DNA from: Chrysomallon squamiferum
Lineage: Eukaryota > Animalia > Mollusca
Assembly: GCA_012295275.1 (NCBI GenBank)
Contig: CM022672.1
Coordinates: 12,896,001-12,960,000, forward strand
DNA length: 64,000 nucleotides
Direction of reading: 5' to 3'
Position 1 is the stretch's first letter; the number at the start of each line of letters is the position of its first letter. Positions 45,080 through 57,600 of the stretch are shown piece after piece. The translations under genes were made by a program, and so were the position numbers. The notes under the pieces were generated by a model that ran no database searches, was not told the DNA's origin, and saw only the letters and a list, made by a program, of their open reading frames with translations.

Positions 45080-47139
45080 CTTTCAATCATTTAACAAACT
45101 TTATTTCTGACAAAAAAAAAAAGTAGTTATCTGACCATTTAACAATTCTACTATATTACAATAAATGAGACAACACTTAAGAAATTAAATCTGCTATAAA
45201 AAAGTGGTGTATGTGTTATATAGTGAGCTAGCAACAACCAATATGAGCATCATCTCGACTGGATTCAGTTATGATCAACAAACAAGATCAGGAAGACCAA
45301 TAGCCAATACTATTTACTATCAAACAAACCCAAACAAAAACAAAAGAAATTTTTGCAAAACACTGTAGTATCAGTAAATAATATCACTCTGTAAAAACTG
45401 AGTTTTATGTAAGGTACAGCATGTTACAATAATTTATAGTGAACTGACACATAGTGGTCCTTTAATTTATCAAGTTTTATATTCTTTTAAGGATTTTTCA
45501 GTATTTACTGAATGTTTTTGTCAGTGTAAATATCATTATTATTATTATTATTATTATTTTTTTTTGACATCTAAACAATGTTTATAATAAGTATTAAGTC
45601 AATTAAAACAAAGCTGAACTTTTCAATTTAAACTTTATTGTACAGATTTCTGGATCAAAATACTGTTATTGAATCTTTTTTTATATATTTTAACACTTAC
45701 AGTATGGATTTTCTATGTATACGATACTATTGTAATATTATTCATTGAGGTTTTCATGTTAAACACTAGTGTATGACTTTTTTAGTTAAAACACTGTTTT
45801 TGGATTTTACTTTTAGTAAAATGTTACCAAGGATTGTTTAATTTAAACATTGTTAGTTCAACATTTTTTCATTTAGCACACTATTGTATTATTTTTCAAT
45901 TTAAAAATGTTTAATTTTCAGTTAGGATAACATTACTGTATGGATTTGGTCATTTAAACACAGATGCATCACTTTTTGAAATCAAACTGCATGAAATTGT
46001 AATGTAATTTGTCTTTACATATTGTGGTTATTAATTAAAAATCATAATATTTTCTGTTTATATACTTACAATTTTTTTTTTACACTTTCTCTTAAAAATA
46101 AATCAAAGTTATTTATTTATTTATTAAATAATAATAATAAAAAAAATACAAATTAAAAAGGATTAAAATGAAAATCGTATGTGTATTCACATTTCATTCT
46201 TACATTGATTTTGAAAAGTCAACCCCACCATCATTGTATTATCATGCTGTACCATACACTTATTGCACATAAAAAATACATTTTTAATTTAAATCATAAA
46301 AAACTAAATTGTATTTCACTTTTCTATTTTAAAAAGTTGGCAGATGTACAAAAATGTACAAAAATATTTTTGAAAGTTTTAAATTATAAATAAAAGAAAG
46401 TATTATGAAAATCTAAAACTATATTTACAGCTTGAACATAAAATAATTATTAAAAATATCTTATCATGGTTTTATTAGTTACTTATTACTACATACTTTA
46501 TTAATTAACAATTTCAGTTGTTGATATAATAATATTAATCCTCTATTATCAGTTACTAAAATTGAATTTCTTTCATTCCTTTCTGAAAGTGAAAGAGCCA
46601 TAATTGTTATGTGTTATTATATAAAATCATACAAGAACATTTTTTACTGAATAGTATATTCACTAAACATCTTGTAAACTGAACTGTTTTATCATTTCAA
46701 TGTAAACACATATTATTTATTCTTTTTCTTATTATTATTATTGCTCGTGGCAAAAGGCACAACAAAAAAATTAGTATTTGTTTTTTCTAGAGGGCAAAGA
46801 TTTTAATTTCATGTTATTTTAAATTCTGTATTAACAATTCTTTACTTGTGTGCCTTTTTGCAGTTATGTACATTTATTTGGGTAATGAATGTCATGCAGA
46901 CTTATAATAATTGCAACATCTTACTAGCAAAACACAAAATAAGGATAGCAATCACATAATTCCAGCAAATCGGTTAGATATTTCTCTATTATCTGATGTA
47001 AATACAAAATCACAATCCATCACAACCATCAAAATCATCTAAAAAAAAAAAAAATCATTAAGTTACTTGAGCTTTACCAAACAGTCAGTTCTACACATTT
47101 TATTCATTTTCATACAGTTCAAATTTGTAAAAATAAATT

Positions 47140-47181
<42 letters not shown>

Positions 47182-50100
47182 TTAATAACAATAACAACAA
47201 TAATAATAAGAATAACTGATGACAAATAAATTAGTAAATAAATTTTAAATATTTGATTATCAGTGCTAATTTCTGATTTGATTTTTATCAGGTAGTGATA
47301 AAGAAAAATTGAGAATCAAATAAATAAATGAAACATGGACGCATTGAACATATTAAGAATAAACCATATTAAAAAGGAACAATCAACATTTATCACACCA
47401 TCAAGATAAATATGAGAGATCAACTCTTGTCATGGAGAATTATTTTAATGAATCTTTCAACAATGTCATTCTATGTTCTAAAGTTGACTAATCTAAACCT
47501 TTTTATGACAACAAGCAAAGGTAATATCTCTTAAATAAATAAATAAATATAATAATCAACAGCCACCTCAGTAATACAGACAACAAAACAAGCAAATTTA
47601 ATTAAAAAAAAAAAGAAGAAAAAAAAAGATACTTAAAAAAAACAACAACTAAGGTACCAGTATTACATATACACAACATCAATTCAAACTGAAATACATG
47701 GGTATTATCAAATATATTAAAAATACATTGATCATATTGTATGTAGAATATAAACAATAATTTAATACAACAGAAAATGTTTGTATCAGAAACAAATACA
47801 TGGATAAGCAAGCTTAAGAAATAGATACTGCAGCATAGGTACACATAATTTTAAAACACAACACTGATAAATAAATTAATAAATTAAAATGAAAATCAAA
47901 AAAAAAGAAAAACCTTCTGAAACAAAATATATTAATACCCCAAAATGATATAAAGAAATATATAAAGAAAATGAAATGAAGTCCATTAATATACGTATGT
48001 TGTCATTGTAATATTATTTCTTTTTGTAGTTTAGTATAAATACAGTTTAGCAAAGGTAATTCATTTATATTTAACTATAATAATTAAGAAAAATAAATAA
48101 ATACAATCTGAAATACATGTTTATTAAATTATATTTTATAAATAATCTATTCAGTTGTTTTCTGAAGAAAGCTGCTGCTACAGAACTGATAAAAACTGCC
48201 AAGATAATTGTAAGCTGATCAGTTTTTACAGTGCACAAATAACAAAAAATATCAGAACATATTCATTTTTTAATAAATACTTTTGTGAAAGAAAGGAATT
48301 CAAATATATGAAAGTCCAGTGTAACAAATATTTTTGAGTTATTCAGTGTAAAAAAGAAGTATGAATTATGATTTTCATTACAGGCATATTGCACTAACAG
48401 CACTGATTTGAACAGCATCTATTTTATTATTATTATTTTTAAATATCTTTTTTTAAAACTGCATCACTTAAAATTGAAATTCTGAAATATAAGCTAACCA
48501 TTAAAATCTTCATACAATTTAGATCAAAATTTGATCTTGCTTATTATTTCGAAAACATTTTGCACATTGTACAGTACAAAAAATATTTTGTCAAATAAGC
48601 TGGTTTTTGCACTGATAATAATGTTTATATAACACTGTGTATGTGATATTTTTAATATTAAAGACATTGGAACTAATTGGTAAAGTAAAACAGATATATC
48701 ATTCAAGTTGTTATCTAGATATGTGTAAATTCTATTGTATCCCAGCTGGGAAATCAATACTGTAACTTTGAGGTACTCTATAAAATTATTGCTTATAATA
48801 CTTTTGTTTTAGCTTCTGTGGAAGATTTATTTTAATGATAAAATTTGTTATGTAAAGTTTTTTTTTTAAATACATTTAATACATTTTAAAGAAAATCAAA
48901 AAGAAAGAAACAGAAAAGAAAAAACTTTTTAAAATTACTTACAGAAAATATATGATATACAATCAATAAATATACAATCCCTTATTTATTTTCCTTCTCA
49001 TATTTTGATTAACAATTTTTTTTATTACAAAAAAACAACAACAACAATATAAAACAACAACAAACAATATAAATATTGCAAGTCTAGTGTAACTGTAAAT
49101 CAACTTTATCAAACACACAATAAAATTTCACAGTTTCTTAAATCTAACAACCATTTATAATATAAAATTTTTAATAAATTCCATGCTTGGCAGGAGTTTC
49201 TGTTATAAAATAAAATAATTTTGAAAAGTAATATCGAATGCCTTAGCAATTTAAATACTTTATCAAGAAAATGACTTGCTGTACTCAACAACCCAGCTGT
49301 CTATGAAGAATGTAGCAAGTAAAAATTTCAGAAAAGCAGAAGCCAATCTAAGTTTATCCTCAACCAAACACTGTGTTAATTTTTAGTTAATTACTGTTAA
49401 TATGACTGAAACCAAATATTTCTATTATTAAAACTATTGCTAAATAAATTTTCTTTCATTAAACAAGCTCTTGCCCAATTTTCTATATAATAACATTGTA
49501 AATAAACACAATTTAACTTGTATGAAAAAGCCATAACTTAACAAGCTGGGTAAAATACATCCTACATTTTAATTTTTCAAATAACTGAGTTGTGTCAAAT
49601 ATGATTTTCCATCATGTTATTCATTTATTGCACATCATAAAATATATTTCTATCATCATCATAAAAATATTTAAATATAAAATAGCCAAACTACGTTAAT
49701 CTCCAAAGGTAACCTATGTCAGTCAAATGTGAATGTTGTTGCTGGTTGCAAACAATATTAAAGTCAAATGCAAAAATAAACTGTAACATCAACATCTTTG
49801 AATGAGATGAGTTATAATGAATCAAATGCAAAATCAATCTGATTCAAATATATGGTAATGAATTATTGCAAAATCAACTTGGTTGATTCAAGTAAGTTAT
49901 AATGAATCAACTGCAAATAATACTTGGTTTGGTTGGTTCATATAAATTATAATGAATCAGCTACAAATTAAACGTGACTGGTTCAAACATGCAGTACTGA
50001 ATTGCAAAATCAACTTGGTTCAAATGTATATTAATTAAATAACTTCAAAATCAACTTGGTTCAAATGTATATTAATTAAATAACTTCAAAATCAACTTGG

Positions 50101-51688
50101 TTCAAATAAAAAGTAATAAATCAGAGGTAAAATCTGTAGAGGTGACTTCAAAAACACCAATAAATTCTCTCTAATACTGTATAAAATTCAATAACACAAG
50201 TAATCTCTTCACAGATCACAAAACCATCATATTTCCTATTACACAGTCAACAGACGTAGACACTGAGTCATGTATATTCATTCACCTACGTATTTTCTAA
50301 AAACATTTAAAACTCATTATTACAATACATTTACTAACATATTACATGTCATCTATTTTAATAATACTGAATTAACTTTTAAAGATGAAGTTTTACATCA
50401 TGTTTCAAAATTACAAGTTAATGGTTCATTCTGAGAGTATGAATATAGAAATAAAATGCATATACACACTCTTCATAATCTGTAGTTTTGTTTATCTTCC
50501 AAAATATATTAAATTACAAACAAAAAAAAAAAAAAAAAAAAAAACAACAAAAAAATCCCCACATCAGTATAACCATTTAAAACTGACATTGTAAAATATC
50601 TGTCCTTTGACAAACAGTTGAAACCTTGATGATTTATCATTTTCTCTGCTTTGTATAATTTCAAAGTAGCATCATAATAATCAGTGAAAATTGAACAAAT
50701 TAATCCTTTAAAATTTTAACAGCAATACAAAATATTATTAATTATAAATAATAAAATATTAACAAATATAATTTCATCATTTTTTTTTCATTTATTAAAT
50801 ATCATGTAAAAACCATACAAGTTAATACTGTTTCTAAGTTAAAGCTAAACTATAATTTAAATACTCTCACTTCAAAAACTATACAGTCAGTTTGTATGCA
50901 CACAACACTTCTTAAACTCTTTTCAGTCATACATAAAAATAAAGTATAAATGTCTTTGCATCCATTAAAGTGATGACTGTATTCTGTACAAGACAAAGTA
51001 TCTCTGACTTCAAAACATAAGTTCTGAAAATTTATTTTGTGCAGGACTTGATAATTTAGTTAAAACAAAAAAATATCTGTTCATTACAAGATTATATTGT
51101 TAAAACTCTCACTGTGCATGATTTAATGTTAATGTTCTTAAAACAATGATACTGATTTATGTGCGGTCAATGTTATTAAGACATTTATACTAATGTTTTT
51201 AAAACACAGTGTGAAATACTTGACTTAAGTTCTTAAAATATACAGTTACAACTTTTATGTGTATTAATATTCTCAAAATAACACCTTGTACACAGCTCAT
51301 CTTTACTAATCATATTAAAACATACATGATATATAATATGTTACTGATATTCTTAAAACACATTGTACAAAATTAAAGAATTTCTAATGTCTTTAAAATG
51401 CATTGTACAACATTTATGTTTTACAGTGTTCTTAAAACATGTCTTGTAAAAAACACTTACAGTTTACTAATATTCTTAAAACATGGGAAAAGATTTCTAA
51501 AGTTTTAAAATACATAATATCAAAAATGGTCTCTTGTATAAAACGTCACACATATTGCTAACATTATAAAACATACAACGTATTTGTAACCAGTATACAT
51601 TTACATTTTACATTTCCATTGTATAAAGTGCTGAAAATATTTGTCTGTGAAATTGTACCATCGGTCTGTGACTAGAATTAAAAACGCT
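45080..51688 (-). other. Probable long 3' UTR of UNC80 (up to about 6.6 kb)
   Basis: The region is homogeneous, U-rich on the minus strand, CpG-poor and has no convincing exons. A minus-strand AATAAA at 45105-45100 is followed by a GU/U-rich tract (ATGATTGAAAGTTGTTGCTTT). Several earlier AATAAA hexamers exist, so the end point is tentative. Confidence 0.4.
49780..50110. repeat. About 41-45 bp minisatellite in the putative UNC80 3' UTR
   Basis: CAAAATCAACTTGGTTCAAAT occurs at 50005, 50046 and 50087 (period 41), with more degenerate copies upstream. Confidence 0.8.
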
Positions 51689-52272
51689 TCACACAATGGT
51701 GGCCGGCACATCTTCGTCTGCGTAATACAGACACAGTGAGCTGAGCGACTTGCTTTTCTCCTCGTCTTTCAACAGCGCCGAGCTCTCGTTGGCACTCAGC
51801 GAGTCTGAGGAATCACATCTCCGCACAACGCAAGTCCTTAGTGGACTACTGCCCCCGGTGCCAATGAGAGGTGCAGTCGAAGTAGGTGTGCCTGTAGGTG
51901 AGGTGGGTGTGACTGAAGCTGAATTGGGCGTGGCTGAAGCTGTAGTAGGCATAGGTCTGCGTGAAAGCACAGGACTTACGGAAGGAGAGCGTGACCGTAC
52001 AATGCGAGCACCTTGACGACAAATGCGACCGTGGGCAGCGAGTGGGTGCGAGTCAATGGAGGGGTCGTCATGTGACCGTGACCGTGGAACAAAGCGGGGA
52101 CGACTGGGCTACGAAAGAGAGAAACAGACAGAAAAGCTATTGCAGCATGAGAAACAACATCGGCAGACTAGGAAGCTTGTGAAATGTTGTCAACAATGAA
52201 GAAATGGTTTTTCTTAAGAATCAGAGAACTGAAGGTTTTTTTTGTATTTATTTATTTTCGGTTCCTTTTCTT

Positions 52273-52312
<40 letters not shown>

Positions 52313-52806
52313 AATAAATGAATAATGAAAGTAAAAACTGTGAATAAAAAATTATTTTGAAATGGATCTGTTTTCAACTATTATTGTGTAAAATATTTTA
52401 GAAATTACGTTTTTGAAGTAAACATTTTTTAAAATCCAGTGAAACAGTCACATGACATTATTTTTGGAGAAGGGCATTTTCTGACAGGACTACTGACAAA
52501 ACCAGGTCTACACACCCAGTTTTAAATACTGTTTTATTTTTTATTTTAATCTAATCTAATCTAATCTAATCTAAATAAATAAATAAAGAGGAAGAAATAT
52601 GATTATAAAGTATAATGTTTGAATTTCAAATACTATTTTCAATTTCATTTAAATTTTTCTTTTAAAGACGAAAACAAATAGAATCATAGAAATACTTACT
52701 AACAAAAACATGTATGTGATACAACAATAATTAAAAACAGATCACCTTTTCTAATAGACATAGTATCAAAACTTAAATATCTTAATGTCATTTTCCTTTA
52801 ATTTAC

Positions 52807-52863
<57 letters not shown>

Positions 52864-53479
52864 GAAATCTGGCCTTTTTAATTAAAACAAATTATTTAAA
52901 GCATTTAGAAACATTTATTACTTAATACTATAAAAATTAATGTTAACAACTGCATTCAAATTTACTTGATTCTGGGCAATGTGGAGGGAGAAGGGCATAG
53001 TGAGCATTAAATGGTTTGGGACTAATTTACGAAGCCCATTTTGGTCTTAAATGCATAACAACATATGCTAAAAACTCCTGCACCAAATAAATAAATAAAT
53101 AAATCCAAAACAAAACAGGCTTTGTAATACAATTTTTAAAGGCAGTGTTTTTGTGATGCTACAGAAAGGGTAAAAAGGACTGACAACATTCCACATACCA
53201 AAGAAAATATAGGAAACATTCAGTGGGTTCAATAAAAAAAAAAAAAATAAAAAACATGTGCAAACATTTTAACATGCAAAAATATTGATTACTTAGGTGG
53301 CTATTGGTTAGTCAGACATTGAACTGTGTTAAAAACCAAAACCTGAATATTATCCTTGTTGCCTTTTTGTTCTTGATGTAGGATTTTTTTTTTTTTCTAT
53401 TTATTACCATCATTATTTATTATTACTGTTTTCTTCAAGAAAATTATGTCAAATTAGTTATTATGTCAAAAATTTATGA

Positions 53480-53512
<33 letters not shown>

Positions 53513-54581
53513 TAATCTGTTTTTTTTATTTTCTTAAATGAATACCTAGGCCAGACATGAGGATTTCTATCCTTTTTCAAAAGTATAAAATGTACTTTTG
53601 TGCTTGATGTCACTAAAACAGTGATACGTTCAATTATTTGACTGTTATTGTTGTTAGTATTATTGTTATTAGTATTACTTCTAAGCAACCTGTATGAATT
53701 GATGCAGCAAAGATGCAAGGTTTATATTTGAACTTAGCATTCCTTTAATAATATTTAAATAGTGTTTTGACAGGAAGTTTAATCTTTTTAATTTTTTTAA
53801 TCAATTAAAAAATAATAATAATTAAATAAATAAATAAATAATTTTAAATAATTAAAAATTAACTTGTATAAAGCTAATATTTACACTGGAAATAAAAAGC
53901 AAGTACTTGACATTAAAGAAGCATTAATACATAATAATAAGGTTTGTATAAACGCAAATAATTAAAGTAAATAATTTTTTTAATTTATAACATAACTGTT
54001 ACAGCAATCTATGAAGGATAACTGCTGAAAACAGAAATGGATTAGTTCTTTTTATCAGTTTAAAAAACTGAATATGTGTAAACCAATCAACATAGAAAAA
54101 AAATGTAATTTCTTCCTTGCTCATTCTAAATATACCTTGTTTGTTGATCATAACCTTTTAACACAAACAATGCAAATACTGAAATAAAACATCAGATAAA
54201 ATATTAACAATTAACAACACAAAAGTATCAAAGAATACTTGAATAAATAACTTTGTATATATTTATATATAACTTTCATAAAATAATATATTTAAATAAC
54301 TACAACAGCTAGCTACAATGAGATCCTAAGAGCAAAGCTAAAATGCATATATCAGACTGAAGTATATTTATATATACAAAAGTATAAAATTACATTTATA
54401 AGCTGCCATTTTAATTAATACATCTAATAATGGAGCAGTAAATTGTATATCTAAACATAATGTAAAATATAAAGAAGACTTCTAGCCCTGATAAGACAAC
54501 AACAAAACACCAACTGACTTTTTGGGGTCCTCAAAAACAATAAATATAGCTGTCACAACAATTACTTTTGTTTGTTCCAAA

Positions 54582-54613
<32 letters not shown>

Positions 54614-57600
54614 CAACAATAATAATAATAAATTAAAATAATAACAAATAAATAAGTAAACACATAAACTTTACCAAAATTAATAATAATCCTCCTCCAG
54701 TACAGAACTTTATTCTTCCTCTGTGGTTATATCTAACAGATAAACAATTATGACTTCTTGCTCAAACAGATTAACAAGAAAGTATTAACAAATATGCATT
54801 CGGGCAAAAAAAGAACTCTGCACCAAAAAATGACACCTTACCTAAACATCAGAACTTGATTCATTTGTTACAAATAAAGCCAAGATTTGCTTTCCAAAAT
54901 ATGACTTCTTTGTTGAAAAAAGACTAACAAGAAAGTAACAACAATTTCTCTTTTAGCCAATAAAAGCTATATCAAAATTCTACCTGTCCTTTACTTACAG
55001 AATGCAGTGGTAATTGTTATACCTGATCATAATATGAACAATACAAGATAACTTCTTGTATGTATGAAAAACAACAACAAAAAAAAAGAAAACAAAACAA
55101 AAAGGTCTTTCCTTCTAACAATAAAACCTTTACCAAAATTAAGGATAATCTTACTGAACTATAGCCCTATATTCGCAGAATAGAAGAGTAATTTTGACAC
55201 TAATAAATATTAAGAGATAATGATATCTGTGCTGATAAGATTAATATCAAATCAGAACTCAGGTAATAACCTCCCTTGGTTTAAAAACAGAAACCTTAAT
55301 TTATATGATACATATTTCATTGATTGTAAAACTATCATGTATTATGAAACATTAAAATTAGTTAAATTTCAACTAAATAATTTAAAAAGAATATCAGGTG
55401 TCAAAACCATTTTACTGAATGAAGCAAATTATTTTAATCTGTTCATCTAATGATGAATTTGTTAATGAGTTGTCTGGTTGCCAACAGCTTGTATGTGCTT
55501 GTTCATTACAACTTTAGAATTATCTTTGATACAATGCAAGAATACCAACAAGAGTAAAACTTGCCAAAATGACTTAAAAATATTGGAAATGATATCTACT
55601 TTTTTTGTGTTTTCATTTAGTTCAAAGACATTTATACAAACCCCCAAAATAGGCAATTCTTTCATTATACCGTTTGAAGCAATGAAATTCTGAGATGAAC
55701 TGCATTTGATTATAAAGAAAGAAAAATAGTTTTAAAAAAAAGAAGAAATATATCTCTCCCTATCTCTATGTCTATTTATATCATGAGAAACTCAGGTTGA
55801 TTAAAACAAAAATCTGTCCTGGTTAGTGAAAACCTCTGAGAATGTTAATTTATTTGATCAAATGAAGCAGCAAAAGCCAATGTTAAAACATGATGTAGCA
55901 GCATCTTGGAATACAGCAGTGACCAGAGGAAGAAGATGAAATCAACTAACATAACAAGGCTTCAAATGAAATAGCCAATTATCAAATGAATGTCAATTGG
56001 TAATTTAGTTTTTAAAGTCAATTTAAATCCTTTTTGACAAAAAAACATAGCACCAAGGGAATACAGCACCAACAGAGAAATTTTGTAAAATGAAACAATG
56101 TCTTAATTTACAGATTTTGGATTTGAATATTTTGTTAAGATCTATTTAAACATTTGAAATATAACATAAAAAGTATGGTGTTGATCAAAAAAAAAATTTG
56201 CTCCCTGCCAAAACTATATTTGATTTTGTATAGTACAGACATAAAAATGATGCTTTTAAACAGTATCAATATATGAAGAACTGAAAAAACTGGTTTGTAA
56301 ATAAATATAAATAATGTATCAGCAGCTTCATTTTAGCACAGGTGATACAAGTAGCAGTTTCATTTTGTTAATACTTTCTTTTTCTTTTTGATATATATTT
56401 TATTATTTCAGTTTCAAGATCATTTCATTTGTAACAACAGCAGATTTATTATAATGTAATCTTCAAAGCAGTCTAAAATACAAAGAGAAAAAGTCCTGCT
56501 TTGAAAATTTTAAACAGATTTCTGGCATCAAAGATTACAAAGGGAGATCATTTAAATTACTATTGTGACAAAGGTAAGTTGTTATTTCATTGTTCCTAAT
56601 GTTTAACCATATAAAGAAACTTTTTTAGTATAAATTGTATGCAACTTTTATCATAACTGATTTTTTACACAAATTTAGAAACTAAACCATTAAGCAGTTA
56701 TTTAGTTTTAAACAAACTCTAAAACAAAACTATCCTGGATCAACATTATAAAAATACCTAACAATTATTTAAAGTTTTAACAAACTTCCAACCCAAACTG
56801 TTATGGATCATCCAAGTTCCTAAACCATGTAACAATTACATCATTTTAAATAAACTTACAAACCAAACTACTGTGGATTACTGAACCATTATTTTAACAA
56901 TTATTTAAAGCTTTAAACAAACTATGAAACAAAACTGTAGATATTTTGATCACATAAATTACTAAAATAATTCAACGGTTATTTAAAGCTTTAAACAAAC
57001 TTTGAAACCAAACTATTTGTAGTTATTTTGATCACACAAATTACGAAAATAATTTAACAGTTATTTAAAGCTTTAAACAAACTCCAAAACCACTTACAGT
57101 TATTTTGATCCCACGGCTTACTAAAAACAATTTAACAGTTATTTAAAGCTTTAAACAAACTCTCAACCAAACTATTTTTAGTTATTTTTATCACACAACT
57201 TACTAAAACCATTCAACAGTTACAGTTTTAAACAAACTCAAAAATACTATGCATCACATACATTCAGTAAACAATTCAAATGTTAATTAAACAAACTCCT
57301 CAATGACTTTGGAACGAAACATGTTTTTTTTTTTTTTTTGGTTAAACAAACTGTAAACAAGCTGTTAAGACACATTGTAAAGAAAGTAAACAACAGACAA
57401 AACTTCCTGTTGAACATGCCAGTAGGCAGCAGCATGCAGCAGCAATAAGCTAAACTCTAGCAGCGTTTGGATGTACCTTCATTTCCATCGACTCGGGTAT
57501 GGTCTCCACGGAGCGAGCTAGGCCTGACGCAGGATGTCGCAGACTAAACGATGTGTTGTCGTTAAAAACCACCGCTGTTCCGGTCGCCCGCACGGCTCGG

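Noticed and set aside
52960-53085. Possible extra UNC80 cassette exon in the last intron
   Set aside because: The candidate acceptors give stop codons in the required phase-0 frame.
56690-57300. CRISPR-like appearance (palindromic repeats with spacers)
   Set aside because: The array lies in a eukaryotic intron, the spacers are homologous to each other, and there are no cas genes. It is a minisatellite.
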